A stretch of DNA of 64,000 nt from Ascoidea asiatica JCM 7603 (Eukaryota > Fungi > Ascomycota): contig BCKQ01000003.1 of NCBI GenBank assembly GCA_001600695.1, positions 291,849 through 355,848 on the forward strand, read 5' to 3'. A program made the position numbers and the translations under genes. Of the stretch, positions 11,787-23,959 are shown piece by piece (positions within the stretch are counted from its first letter, which is position 1; the number at the start of each line of letters is the position of its first letter). The notes below the pieces were generated by a model, which saw nothing but the letters and a program-made list of their open reading frames with translations, was not told the DNA's origin and made no database searches.

Positions 11787-12359
11787 ATGTCTGCTTTTTT
11801 CTACTCTCCATTTTGGGAATTTGTTGATGCTATTGATGAAAATTTAAATCAAATTCAACGTGCTCTTCCAAAAAAAGAAAATTTAAAAGAAAAAGAAAAT
11901 AAAAAAATTACAAATAATGAAAATAAACAAGTTACAAAAACTAAAAGAAATGAACCAAGATCTTTAATGTCTAATTTCTTCAATGATACTAATGATTGGA
12001 ATTTAAATTTTTCAAATATTATTCCTCCAGTTGATTTAGTTAACAATGAAAAAGATTATGAATTACATGTTTCAATTCCAGGTGCTGAAAAAGATAAAAT
12101 TAATATTGATTTTAATAGAGAAAATAATTCAATTACAGTTTCTGGTAAAATTGAAGAACATAAAGAAGAAACTAAAGGTAATTTCAAATATCAAGAAAGA
12201 TCAACTGGATCATTTTCAAGAACTGTTGCTTTACCAAAGGATGAAAAATTAGATGAAGAACATATTGTTGCTAATTATACTGATGGTGTTTTAGTTCTTT
12301 CAATTCCTAAATTAGGTAGAAAAGAAAGTGAAAATATTCGTCGTATTACTATTTCATAA
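11787..12359 (+). CDS. Small heat-shock protein (Hsp20/alpha-crystallin; Hsp26/Hsp21-like)
   Basis: PPVDLV...YELHVSIPG...ERSTGSFSRTVALP...ANYTDGVLVLSIPK and a C-terminal IxI motif. Confidence 0.95.
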   Translation: MSAFFYSPFWEFVDAIDENLNQIQRALPKKENLKEKENKKITNNENKQVTKTKRNEPRSLMSNFFNDTNDWNLNFSNIIPPVDLVNNEKDYELHVSIPGAEKDKINIDFNRENNSITVSGKIEEHKEETKGNFKYQERSTGSFSRTVALPKDEKLDEEHIVANYTDGVLVLSIPKLGRKESENIRRITIS

Positions 12360-13136
12360 CTATGAATAACAAAAACAGTTTATCTATTTTTGAAATTTTT
12401 GTTTCAATGTTTTTTGATTTTTCTTCTAAATTTTTAGTCATTTCATTTTTTTTTATCTTTGTTTAGTTATAATTTTTTTCAAATAAATATTTATATTTCT
12501 CTTTAAAATTTCAATTTTTCTCATAAGATGATTCGAAAACACTGTAAAAATAATATAAAAGTAATTATACGAATGAAATAAATATGTGAGTAAGTTCCAA
12601 GGATATGCATTATATCTATTAATGTTAATGTTAATGTTAATATTAGAGAATAAAAAAAAATAAAGCGAAAAAATTTGAAAATGATTTAGAAAATAAAACT
12701 AAAATTAAATAGAAAAATGATGTCTTTTAAAGAAAGAAAAAAAAAAAAAGAAAAACAATTGGTGAATAAAAATTTTAAAAATTTTCTTTGGAAAAAAGCC
12801 ACTTTAAAAGTAACAGTTGAATTTAACAAGAATATATGATTATACTGGATATAACACAACAAATGTTAAAAGTATGTGTCTAATGATTAAGTTAGTGAGA
12901 AAAGTATGGAGATAATGAAATACAATAGCTAAAGTAATAAGAAAAATGGATAGAGATTAAAGCAATCGATAAATCTTTTTGAAATTCTTGGTTGTGTGGA
13001 AATTTTTTCCATTTATTTATTTTTATTTTGAATAAATAAAATTTTGATTCTAATTTACAATACTTTCTATAATTAGAGAGAATAAAATAATAATGGTATA
13101 ATGGTGAACATTGAAATTGATATTGATATTGAAATA

Positions 13137-13997
13137 TTAGTCTAAATCATCTAACCATCTTTTACGTAAAGTATTAATATTCATTTTTGTTGGACTAACA
13201 ATTTTTGATTCAGCACTATACCAACCACCATTTTCACTTGGTTGAGGTGCAGCACTTGCCATATTAACATAAGAAGTTCTTGAATAAGACCAACCTGGAG
13301 TTATAGTTGAATAAACGATTGGAGAAGCACGAATTGTACTATAATAGGATACAGCAGAAGTTGCAAATCTTCTTGACCAAGTAGTTACAGTTACAGTAGT
13401 ACCGGGTTGAGTTTGCATTGGAGCATATCTTGTTTTACCAGTTTGTAAAGTGTAAGTTACAGAAAATGAAGCAGAATTTATAGAATCAGTTGTTTCAGTA
13501 GTAGTTGTAGAATCTGTACCAGTATTTTGTATAGAATATTGAGCCGTTGGTGGATCATCGGATAATGAACCAGAAGGTTCAGTGGTTCCAGACATTCCAG
13601 AAAGTTTAAATCTTTTTGAATAATGGATTGTATAACCAGTTGAAAAAGTTGCATAAACTTGAAAAAAATAAACACCATCATCACCTTCACTTTCCTTAAT
13701 TTTTGCAGTATATGAATTACTTGTAATATCAGAAGAAGATACTTCATCACCAATAATATCTACTGCAGTTATATTAGAATTCGAACCTGTACATAAAGTA
13801 AATGTATAAGTTTCTGCATCAGTTACTTTTGGAGAAGAACCAGAATCTACCCAACTAATTACTACACTAGCATAACCACTAGAAACTTTGAAAGTCTGAT
13901 CAGCTAAAGGTTTTGAAATAGAAACATCACATAAAACAGTTGAAATATTCAATAGAAGAATTATCACAAATGTATAAAAATAATTTAGCACTATCAT
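13137..13997 (-). CDS. KRE9: Beta-1,6-glucan synthesis protein Kre9/Knh1
   Basis: Signal peptide from the ATG at 13997; SFSVTYTLQTGKTRYAPMQTQPGT..WSRRFATSAVSYY..TITPGWSY. Confidence 0.93.
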   Translation of the reverse strand: MIVLNYFYTFVIILLLNISTVLCDVSISKPLADQTFKVSSGYASVVISWVDSGSSPKVTDAETYTFTLCTGSNSNITAVDIIGDEVSSSDITSNSYTAKIKESEGDDGVYFFQVYATFSTGYTIHYSKRFKLSGMSGTTEPSGSLSDDPPTAQYSIQNTGTDSTTTTETTDSINSASFSVTYTLQTGKTRYAPMQTQPGTTVTVTTWSRRFATSAVSYYSTIRASPIVYSTITPGWSYSRTSYVNMASAAPQPSENGGWYSAESKIVSPTKMNINTLRKRWLDDLD

Positions 13998-14988
13998 TTC
14001 TTTATGAATATATTGAAACCTATGAAACAATAGAAATAATGTTTAGTCAAATCTTCCCTCAAGATTTTGATAAATTTTATTAAAGAATTTGTTTGATATT
14101 ATATTTTATTTATGAATATTTTTTGTGATAATGATTATATAAAATTTTCTTTCACGGATCTTTGAGCAAGGACAGACTAATATATTGTTATATTGATAAA
14201 ACAATATCTTTTTTCATTAATTAAAGAATATCAATAATAATGCTGTAATAATTGAAAATAACAAAGGTAGTTTACTTTTACAAATTCTCTCCAACAGACT
14301 CCAATAAAATTAAATAATAATATTCTTTTTGTTTTGAATAAAGCCAAATGTCATTCCAATCTTCGAAGAATAATCGTCATAACTAGGAATATCAAAATAT
14401 ATATTGTATATGGAGGGGTATTTGCAAGTAATAAATAATTATCTTGGTATTTTATGTGCTTATACCACTTTTCACAGGTGTCTTTTTCTCTTGAAAAGTG
14501 GATTTGAACGAAGCCTTTTGAGCTTGAGCTTAAGCCTTCAAAGCTGCAAGAGCATTTAAAAATTTGCAGCGCAATGTTTTTGGTATGAGAGAACTTTAGC
14601 GTGCTTCAAAAAAAAGTGCGCATTTATTGATTTTAATTATGCGTAATTGGATCCACTCCAATGGATTTTATAAAGCTGTACTCATACGTATACTTGACGT
14701 AAAGAATGCTTTACTACACATTAAGCATATAGTCACCTGACTGAAGCTGTATTTGAATATCCTGAGATTTCATTGGCGAGAAGCAAAAAGGTAATGGAGA
14801 CTGTAAATATGAGGATTTGGATTGTTCAAGCTTTCTCTCTGAAGATTCTGGTGAATTAGCTGCTCATGAAAACAAACTCTGACATTCATTTCATTATTTT
14901 TATTATTTCCATTATCACTATCTAATTGAAGTATATAAATCTTCAGATTTCTTCAAATTCACCTCAAAAATTATATACTATATTCCAA

Positions 14989-15374
14989 ATGCTTTCGAAA
15001 TTAGTTTTTTCAAATTCTGTTAAAGAATTAAGATTCCATTTTTGCCAGACTGGTGAAGCTTCATTGCCAATAAAGTATGTAAATTTGATTTAATCAAATC
15101 CAAAGCAATCTTATTCAATTCAATTCAATTTCAAAGTTTCATAATCAATTTACTAACTTTTTATCTTTTCTTTACTTTATTTAGACAATTTTTAACAAAA
15201 GAATATTCTTCAATAAAAAAAAGTAATCCAAGTTTACCAATATTGATTAGAGAAGCTAATGGAATTAAACCAACATTATATGCTAGATTTGATTATGGTA
15301 GAGAATCAAAATTTCCATTAAATGGTCAAAGTATATCCGAAATACAAACTCTATTAAAAACTTTAACAAAATAA
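14989..15374 (+). CDS. Complex I subunit NDUFA2/B8 (NI8M), 91 aa; join(14989..15074,15185..15374)
   Basis: GTATGT..TACTAAC..TTAG intron; VKELRFHFCQTGEAS...NPSLPILIREANGIKPTLYARFDYGRE. Confidence 0.93.
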
Positions 15375-15595
15375 ATAAGTAATATAATCATTCATTATCA
15401 ATTATTTTTTAACTTCAAGTGAAACTAAGTATATTCTAAACTTTTTGATATAAATCATTTAATATTTAAAATCATTATTTACAAGCTTTATATTACAATA
15501 TATATATATATCTTTTTATATCATCATTTTTTTACCTAAAGTTGAATAAACATTAAACATTCCATAGTAAATTCCATTTTTCATTTTTTCTTTCA

Positions 15596-16138
15596 TTAAT
15601 TAGACTTATCACTTCGACTTTTCCAAATATCTGGCTTTTCTTTATCTATTTTATTCATCATTGGCTTTTCTTTTTTATCAATAACTTCTTTAGCTAATTT
15701 TGCATGTTCTAAATCTCTTTTTCTTTGTGATCTACATTGTTCCCATCCAATTGTTGATCCTAATAATCCACATCCAAATCCCCAATTTGCAGCTTTTGAT
15801 GGATTTTTTGAAAATAATAGAATTACAGTTGTAACAACTCCAATGGATGAAAATCCCAAAATTCCTGCATCTCGAAAACATGGCATTTGAACTAATTTTG
15901 AAAATTTAAAATCTTCAATTTTAACTTTTTGAAATGCTAAATTCATTTCTTCTGGTTTTTGAAATTTTGGTAAAGGTTTACCATCTTTATCCAACGGTAT
16001 ATTACCTTTACCATCTGGATTAAATCTTGGTTCTAAATCATCCAAAAGAACTTCTTTATTAGTATTTATTTCATTATTATTTATAGATATTTCATCATCT
16101 TTTTTATTTTTTGAAAAACTTGGCCAATACCATGCCAT
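15596..16138 (-). CDS. COX20: Cytochrome c oxidase assembly factor Cox20
   Basis: MPCFRDAG..G...KAANW..GLLGSTIGWEQCR motif; two TM segments. Confidence 0.92.
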   Translation of the reverse strand: MAWYWPSFSKNKKDDEISINNNEINTNKEVLLDDLEPRFNPDGKGNIPLDKDGKPLPKFQKPEEMNLAFQKVKIEDFKFSKLVQMPCFRDAGILGFSSIGVVTTVILLFSKNPSKAANWGFGCGLLGSTIGWEQCRSQRKRDLEHAKLAKEVIDKKEKPMMNKIDKEKPDIWKSRSDKSN

Positions 16139-16539
16139 TTTGTTTTAGATTTATATCGGAGTATTAATACAGTATATAAAAACTTGAGAAAAAAATATTC
16201 CTTTTTATTTAATATTCTGATAATCCATGTATCTAAAACTTTTCAATATTTTAAATTCAAATAATCTAATCATTCAATAATTTATGAAATTGGTTTATCA
16301 TTATGATCTTGATATTCTTTATCTGTTTCTACTGTGGTTTATTCACTTACCATTTTTGCTTTCTCACCGCTAAAAAGCTTCAAAATTTAATCGAATCATT
16401 CCTAACCCCGGGTTACACCTCATTAACCTTATTTATTTCAACAGCTATTATCGCTACAGTATACAGTATATAAATAATTAAAGACCATATTGTTTATTCA
16501 CATATTGTACATTTTATTAAATTAAAAAATAACTTCAAA

Positions 16540-19500
16540 TTAAATCTCTATATCTTGATTGATAAACTTATAAACTAAATTTCCTGCTTCATTTCCAATA
16601 ATTGAAGCTAGATCCTTTTCACTCATTGAAACTAATTCTTGTATATTTTTAACTTTTTTAATTATCAACTTATAATTTACATTTGTAATTCCAGGAATAT
16701 TTTTTAAAAAATCAATTGCTCCATCATTAAATTGAATGGAATTTATATTATTAATTTTCGCATTGTTTGATTGAAATAGTTCTTGTTTTAATAATGGATC
16801 AAATCCTGCATCAATTGCATAATCAATATTTGGTTCTTCTTCTTTTGACATTAAATCCATAAAAATTGATGAAGTTTTTTGTGCAGATGGTGACCAAATA
16901 ATCTTAAGTTTTGGAAATGAAAGCAATAACATTGAAAGTTTAACTTGAATTTCATTTATAGTTTTTTTACTAACAATTGAATTTGAATTTTGTCCCCCAT
17001 ATCTAAGTCTTGAATAATAATCACTGAATGGTTCCATTGAAAAACTTTGAGTTTCAGAAAATTCAATTAATAAAACTGATAATTCATAATATCTGAACAT
17101 ATGTTCACATTGTGTATATAGTCTTCCACTTGCTAAAGATTGAGTTAAATCTGGAATAGATTTTCTTTCAACACATATTCTTGGTGATAAAATATAATCA
17201 CCAACAGTTATTTGACATGGAATGATTTTTATTCCTTGTCTAAATAACATATTTGGTAAAGCTGATCTGAATTCTCTCATATCCACAATTATCGATAATT
17301 CTTTTTTAGCAGATTCCATATTCATACCACCTGCAATTCTTGAATTTATTATAGATGTTTGTTTAATATTTGATTTACTATAATCATCCTCATCTAAAAA
17401 TTCTTTAGCTGATGATGCTTTTTCTTTTATTAATTGCATAAATGCTTCTTTTTCTTTTTTAATTCTAGTTAAATGTCTTTGTTCTTCAGTAGAATTTGAA
17501 TAATACATTAAATACATAGAAACAGGATTTGTAGATTTATAAATTGCTTGATGAATTTCTAATTTTCGAAAAAAGGATAAATTAGGTTCATACATAATAA
17601 CTTCAGAAGGTAAAATTTCTTGTAAAAAATTCGAATCTGTTGAATCATTGAAACATTGAACCAATATTTGATTTCCTCTTTCAATATACTCAAAATCTAA
17701 TTTTTTATCTTTTTCTTTTTCTATTTCTGTTTTTATTTTATTATTATTGAAATTTTTTTCCGATTTGGTTTCTTTAACAAACTGAATATCATCTGTTATA
17801 TCTTTCGAATCTAAATTTAAAGGTTTAAGATTATTAATTTCATCTAAAAGTTCTAAATTACCATTTTCGCCCTCTTCTTTATTAGGATCATTTATTTGTG
17901 TCAATAATTGAGAAATATATTGACTATTTATTGAATCTGAACTTGAATCAGATTCATAATCAGAATCGGAGTTATCAGTTTCTCTGTTTTTTATTTGAGT
18001 TTGAATATTATTAACTATATCAGAATTGAAATCATCACGAAGAGCAGACATTCCAGTTTCATCAGAAGCTGTATGTAATCTTGATACTTGAGCTACATAA
18101 CTTCCACCTCTAGTTCTTCTTCTTTTACTAATTGGTTGAGCATATTTGTTAAAAGTTTTAGAAACTTCTGATGGTCTAAATTGATTTTTGTCATTTGAAT
18201 CCTCTTTTATTTTATTAAATTCATCAATAGATTCTTTCTCAGCAATTTCAGCTTCTTTAATTTTTTCATTAAGTTTTGTTGATAATTCAAGTCCACCATT
18301 TTCTTGCCAAGAGTTAAAGGCTTGAAATTTATTAAGTAATAATTTTCTAGCAGAAAATATAAAAGAGGATTCTTTTCCATCATGTTCATGAGTTTTAACT
18401 TTTTTCAGATTTGCTAAAAATAATTTCACTTGACGTGATACTCTTTTTGAACACATTATTAATATTGGACCACGATTTCTGATACTTTCTTTTGAAAGAG
18501 TTCTTTCATATAATATATCATCAATTATCATTGCTAAGTGTTCCCATTTAGGTAATTCTTCTAAAATATATGATTTTGGTTTAGGATTTTCATTAGATTT
18601 TGAAAATGGATCATTAATAATTTCAAATACTCTTTTTCTTGAGAAACTATCAATAGTAGTTGCTTCAGGTAAAGATAACCATGGAGAACCATTATAAGTT
18701 GCAGAATTTGAACCAATTTTTGGTTTATCTTCATTAAGTATAGTTTTAAATTTTGAATAAAAATCAATACAATCATCATTAATTAAAGATTCAAGTAAAT
18801 CCTTTAAAACAGTTAAATCTTGAATCATTCTTTTTGTTGTCCAAGTTATTCTATGCCAATTTGTATCAAAGATTCCATGTAATCTAGATAAAAAAAAATC
18901 ATCTAAGAATAAAGAAATTCTATCTTGTTTTAAAGAAACAGCAGATTTAACATTTTCAATTTCTTGTTCATTAAATAAATCACTATCAGCGGTTAAATCA
19001 GGATTATGTCTTTTAATTTCATTAACACAAGCTTCAATACAAGTTAAAATTGCCATTTGAATTTGTTTCATTGAATTTGTCATATCAATTTTAAATTCAA
19101 TTATATAACCAAATTTTGATTGATTATTTTTTTTTTTTAACATATTTAAAGATTTTGAAATTTCAACATGAAATCTTGGCCATAAAAAACATTTTTTTAA
19201 TTTCATATTTTTTAACATTTTATTTAAAGGATTTAAAATATTACCAATACCATCATATTTTCCACTATTTAATAATTTTCTTGGATTATCAGATAAACAT
19301 TTTAAAAAACCCCATTTATTTTTTGAACGATATAAATTAATGATAAAAGATTCATTTGAAGATTCAGTTATTTTTTCAGGATGTAAAAAAATTAAACCAG
19401 TAATAATATCTGGATCAACAATTTCAGATATTAAATCAACAATTAAAGCTCTTGAACTAATTGAGATTATACCACCTTTTTGATAAATAAGTTTTCTTTT

Positions 19501-20142
19501 ATTTATGGTTGTTGCTTCATTATTTATATTTGTGAAAATTCTTTGAAATTGATTTTGATTTTCATCATTTTCTTCGATTTCTTCGTTTTCTTCGCTTCCA
19601 TTATTTTCATTATCATTATCATTATTAATATTAATATTACCAAATAAAGGATCTTTAAAAGAATCCATCCAAGAAAGTTCAATTAATTCTTCTTCAATTT
19701 TTTCATTTTCAAAAGAATTTGCATTTAATAAGAAAATTAAACTTAATTTATTTACAGTTTTATTATCATTATTAATATTTTTTTTTTGTTTTAAAGAATA
19801 TGGAGTACTTAAAATATGAAGTAAATTTGCAGTTATAATTTCTAAACCTAAACCATTACCAGAAATTAATAACCCATCATTAATTAATAAATCTTGTAAA
19901 ATTGATTGTTGAAATTTTAAAGGTAAAGAAGAAGATACATCAATTGGATTTTTATTTAGGTTATAAATTAAATTTGACTGATTAATTGTATTCGAATTTG
20001 ATTGAATAGGTGTATTTGATTCAATTAATGGAATCTCAGTTTCAATTCTAAAATCATTTACTTCATTATCAAGATTATTCTTATTATTAAATTCTTCCAC
20101 TTCATCTTCATCAATTACAAAAAGAGGATTACCTCCACTCAT
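16540..20142 (-). CDS. RAD1: XPF/ERCC4 nucleotide-excision-repair endonuclease
   Basis: VDMREFRSALP...VGDYILSPRICVERKSIPDL nuclease motif; LEELPKW; C-terminal HhH. Confidence 0.97.
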   Translation of the reverse strand: MSGGNPLFVIDEDEVEEFNNKNNLDNEVNDFRIETEIPLIESNTPIQSNSNTINQSNLIYNLNKNPIDVSSSLPLKFQQSILQDLLINDGLLISGNGLGLEIITANLLHILSTPYSLKQKKNINNDNKTVNKLSLIFLLNANSFENEKIEEELIELSWMDSFKDPLFGNININNDNDNENNGSEENEEIEENDENQNQFQRIFTNINNEATTINKRKLIYQKGGIISISSRALIVDLISEIVDPDIITGLIFLHPEKITESSNESFIINLYRSKNKWGFLKCLSDNPRKLLNSGKYDGIGNILNPLNKMLKNMKLKKCFLWPRFHVEISKSLNMLKKKNNQSKFGYIIEFKIDMTNSMKQIQMAILTCIEACVNEIKRHNPDLTADSDLFNEQEIENVKSAVSLKQDRISLFLDDFFLSRLHGIFDTNWHRITWTTKRMIQDLTVLKDLLESLINDDCIDFYSKFKTILNEDKPKIGSNSATYNGSPWLSLPEATTIDSFSRKRVFEIINDPFSKSNENPKPKSYILEELPKWEHLAMIIDDILYERTLSKESIRNRGPILIMCSKRVSRQVKLFLANLKKVKTHEHDGKESSFIFSARKLLLNKFQAFNSWQENGGLELSTKLNEKIKEAEIAEKESIDEFNKIKEDSNDKNQFRPSEVSKTFNKYAQPISKRRRTRGGSYVAQVSRLHTASDETGMSALRDDFNSDIVNNIQTQIKNRETDNSDSDYESDSSSDSINSQYISQLLTQINDPNKEEGENGNLELLDEINNLKPLNLDSKDITDDIQFVKETKSEKNFNNNKIKTEIEKEKDKKLDFEYIERGNQILVQCFNDSTDSNFLQEILPSEVIMYEPNLSFFRKLEIHQAIYKSTNPVSMYLMYYSNSTEEQRHLTRIKKEKEAFMQLIKEKASSAKEFLDEDDYSKSNIKQTSIINSRIAGGMNMESAKKELSIIVDMREFRSALPNMLFRQGIKIIPCQITVGDYILSPRICVERKSIPDLTQSLASGRLYTQCEHMFRYYELSVLLIEFSETQSFSMEPFSDYYSRLRYGGQNSNSIVSKKTINEIQVKLSMLLLSFPKLKIIWSPSAQKTSSIFMDLMSKEEEPNIDYAIDAGFDPLLKQELFQSNNAKINNINSIQFNDGAIDFLKNIPGITNVNYKLIIKKVKNIQELVSMSEKDLASIIGNEAGNLVYKFINQDIEI

Positions 20143-20369
20143 GTTATAATAAAATCATTTATTTCTTCTACAGTAAATATATCAAAAGATAAATAAATAA
20201 AAAGAATAATTAAAATATAAATATAAATTCAAATATAAATTTAAAAATTGTAGCGTTAAAAAATAAATAAAAGTGTATAAAAAGCTATGAAGTAAAAATG
20301 CGGAATCAGTTGAAACCAGAATTATGGAACTACTAAGTACGTTATATTAAAATGAAATTATTTTATTTA

Positions 20370-21263
20370 TTATTCTTTGATTCCAGAAACATTTTTACCA
20401 AGATTATAATTACCAATGGCAGTACCCCAATTAATTTTACTTCTAGTTATTGGTAATTGTCTTCTTAAATTTTTAAAATTATTTTGATTTAATTTAAAAA
20501 ATTTTAATTGTAAAATTTTTTGAAAATTATTTTCAAATGAATTAATTTGATTAATTATATCATTTTTATTAATATTTAATAAATTTAAAGATTTTATTGA
20601 TTTTAATCTAACATTACCATCTTCAAAATAATGTACATCAATTTTAATTTGACCGAATAATTTTTTTGTTGAATTTGTATAAATATAATGAGAAGACCAA
20701 TTACCATTCCAAAAATTAGATGGATTAAATTTATTATTTAAAATTATTATAATAAATTTATCAAGATCATCATCAATTGGTAAAAGAGTATAAGCAATTT
20801 GATTTTTATTATTACTATTGTTATTAATTAATTTATAATGTTCATTAATATAAATTGATAATTTATCATAAAAGTTTTTAAAATCATAAGTTAATTCACT
20901 ATCAAATTTTTCAGTATGTATAACTTTATTATTAATTAAATCAACATTAAAAAATTTATGAATATTATAATCAAAAAATTTATTTGTTGAACTATCATAA
21001 TTAAATTTTGATAAGATTAAATTGTTTGAATTATATTTGATTAATTTGAAATTTAGATTTTTATCATTATCATTATCATTATCATTATCATTATCTTTAT
21101 CTTTATCATTACCTAAGATTGAAGATAAGATTGAAGAATTCAATTGAGTTGAAATATCTTTATTTTCAACAATTGAATTTAAATCATTGATTATTTCTTT
21201 TGTTTCACCAGGAGGAGCATCTGCAATAAAATCATCAGATATGGATTGAAATGCATCTGTCAT
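20370..21263 (-). CDS. CAP1: F-actin capping protein alpha subunit
   Basis: DAPPGE; NFWNGNWSS; VHYFEDGNVRL; FKNLRRQLPITRSKINWG. Confidence 0.96.
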   Translation of the reverse strand: MTDAFQSISDDFIADAPPGETKEIINDLNSIVENKDISTQLNSSILSSILGNDKDKDNDNDNDNDNDKNLNFKLIKYNSNNLILSKFNYDSSTNKFFDYNIHKFFNVDLINNKVIHTEKFDSELTYDFKNFYDKLSIYINEHYKLINNNSNNKNQIAYTLLPIDDDLDKFIIIILNNKFNPSNFWNGNWSSHYIYTNSTKKLFGQIKIDVHYFEDGNVRLKSIKSLNLLNINKNDIINQINSFENNFQKILQLKFFKLNQNNFKNLRRQLPITRSKINWGTAIGNYNLGKNVSGIKE

Positions 21264-22402
21264 TATAATGAAAGTATTTAATTATTGATTATCGTTTATT
21301 ATTTATGATTCCAATTGCAATATTTCTGTTTAATTTTGTTATTCTTTTTATTAATTTCATTATCCTATTGACTATCATTATGATCAGTGCTTTTTACCAC
21401 CACTGCAGTCAACGTTACTTAGATTCTGATACTCAATCTTAAGTTCCTCGAGCATAAAAGCATAAATGAACAGCACTAAGCTACTGAGCTTAAAAAAAAA
21501 AGGCAATCACGTGAGCATTAGTCAGTGCTGAATCAGCAAAAAAATATAATCCGTGAGGTTTGAAATCCACGGGGTTTTATTACCGCGGGGTCTACACTGG
21601 AAAAATATGCACTTAGCAGTGAAAACGAGCAAATTAGCATGTGAGCGCGGCAGAGACCAGGGATATGGATTTAATTGATAGTAATGCAGTTCTAAGTTTA
21701 ACAAAGCAACTGGCTGCTAGCTGGTTGCGTGCCCTTTTAGCAACGCAATTCTATTCCTGGCCAAATGGCATCACACTAAATGCACACAACCCAAGGATTA
21801 TCACAATACAAAACAATATTCTTCAATCTCATTCAATCAGATACAATTGAAGCAAAAAAATAGTGTGACTTGAGTCCCTATTTATTAGAAGATTGGCTGT
21901 TATTAATGATAATCAATTTAATATATATATAACTATGGATTTTGGAAGTGTCTCTACATAGAGTAAATTTTAGAGAGAAGAACCTTATTGGTGGTGGGTG
22001 GTTTAGAAATACGAAGTCTTCTGCTATTTTCCATATTAAATTCTTTCTCTGCTTTAAGCAAAACGTAAATACTACAACTCAGAGACGAAGAAAACAGCTC
22101 AGGTGACTCTCTACCGCTCCGTCCGTGGCAATTGTGTGCACATGCAATCTAGAAAACCATTGGAGTAAAGTGAGATCTAGAGAATGCATCTAGAATGCGT
22201 CTGAGTGGAATTTCAGATGCTGTCCCGGACTGGGAGACCTGGTGAATTCAGTGAATTGCTATCCCTTTCTTTATTGCTGCTGGGATTTGTCGCTGGTTCT
22301 GCGTGTGAAATTGCGCTCCTGACTCAGCTCAGGCATCTAACCCTAACACACTGGCTGGCACAGGCATCTAGCACACCTATTCAATTGTCTCTATCAATGC
22401 CA

Positions 22403-22452
22403 TTGCTATTATTGCTACTACTCTTACTACTGCTACTGCTACTGCTACTGCT
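22403..22452. repeat. Degenerate (CTA/CTG)n trinucleotide microsatellite
   Basis: Read directly; it produces the spurious poly-Leu ORF 22205..22474. Confidence 0.8.
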
Positions 22453-22730
22453 ATCTCTTCTTCCACTACACTAACACCACGCCCTCCTGCTGCTATCTCT
22501 ATCAATTCCACTTCCACTTCCACTTCCACTATCAAATATGAATTGAATATGAATTACCGCTGAGAATAGAACAAGAGCATGATAACCACCAAATAACACT
22601 AAAAACACTAAAAATACTAGCACTTTTACTCCCGGTAAGAATACTCTTTTTTGCACTGTTTACACTGCTTTTATTTATTTTTTTATCAATTATCAAAGAA
22701 AATTTTTACTGTGTTTCTACCGTAAGATAA

Positions 22731-22757
22731 CTCTCTCTCTCTCTCTCTCTCTCTCTC
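22731..22757. repeat. (CT)n microsatellite
   Basis: About 13 CT units. Confidence 0.9.
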
Positions 22758-23032
22758 ACTTTGCATTTCTACAAATTTACATCCTTTTTTGCTTTTTAAA
22801 ATTCTTACTTTCAATTTCCTGAAGTTGATTCTATTCTTTTATTCTTTTATTCTTTTTTTCTTTTATTCTTTTTATTAATCAATTACTTGTCAATTAATTA
22901 ATTAAATAATTATATATATCAATATATAAATATTATAATAATAATAAAATATTCAACTATTTAAATAATTCTTTCAAATTATCAATTATAATAATCAATT
23001 ATCAAATAATTTAAAGTAAAAAAAAAAAAAAA

Positions 23033-23959
23033 ATGTCTTCAATTCCTCCTCCAGTAAATTCTGTTCCATTACAAACAACTCCTTTATCATCATCATCTAT
23101 TCCAACTACTCATTCTACTACTTCATCCTCATCTAAATTATCTCCATGTGGAAATTCTGGTTCATGTTCAACTTTTTCAATATTAAAATGGGATAATCCT
23201 CAAAAAACTGGTAAAATTTTTGCATCAATTATTTTATCTTTATTATCATTTAAATATCTTAATTTATTAAATATTTTTTTTCATTTTTCTTTTATTGCTT
23301 TATTTATTTCTGCAGCTGCTGAATATTTAGGTAAATTAATTACTGGTAATGGGTTTGTATCTCATTTTAAACCAATGAATTCAAATAAATGTTCAAATAT
23401 ATTCAATAATATAATCTTACCTCATATTTCAATTTTAATAAAAAATTTAGAATTAAATATTCAAAATTTATTTTATTCAAATGATGTTGAAAAAACTTTA
23501 AAAGCTGCAGGTTTATCTTATTTATTATATAAAATTACTTCTTGGTTTTCTTTATATACTTTAGTTTTCTCTTGTATTTGTTTTACTTTCACAGTTCCTG
23601 CAATTTATTCAAAATTTCAAACTGAAATTGATAATGGTGTAATTACTTATACTAATTTAGCAAAAGAAAAAGCAATTAATTTACAATCTGTTGCTCAAGA
23701 AAAATCAAAACCATTATTAGCAAAAGCAAGTTCTAAATTTTCTCCAATTACAAATTTTTATAATAAAAAATTTCCAACAAGAACTGCAACTACAACCGTT
23801 AAATCAACTGAAAATTCAACTAATTCATTAAATAATAATATTAATTTACCTTCTGTTCCAATCTCAAATCCAGAATTTGTTCAATCAAAATCAAATCAAA
23901 TTCCATCAAATTTAAATTTTGGAATAGAAAAAACAAAACAACAAATTAATTCATTATAA
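23033..23959 (+). CDS. RTN1: Reticulon
   Basis: ILKWDNPQKTGKIF, two long hydrophobic hairpins, TLKAAG..Y.LYKITSWFS, FTVPAIY..FQTEID. Confidence 0.92.
   Translation: MSSIPPPVNSVPLQTTPLSSSSIPTTHSTTSSSSKLSPCGNSGSCSTFSILKWDNPQKTGKIFASIILSLLSFKYLNLLNIFFHFSFIALFISAAAEYLGKLITGNGFVSHFKPMNSNKCSNIFNNIILPHISILIKNLELNIQNLFYSNDVEKTLKAAGLSYLLYKITSWFSLYTLVFSCICFTFTVPAIYSKFQTEIDNGVITYTNLAKEKAINLQSVAQEKSKPLLAKASSKFSPITNFYNKKFPTRTATTTVKSTENSTNSLNNNINLPSVPISNPEFVQSKSNQIPSNLNFGIEKTKQQINSL

Noticed and set aside
22205-22474. 89-aa poly-Leu ORF
   Set aside because: GTG start; produced by a trinucleotide microsatellite in promoter DNA.
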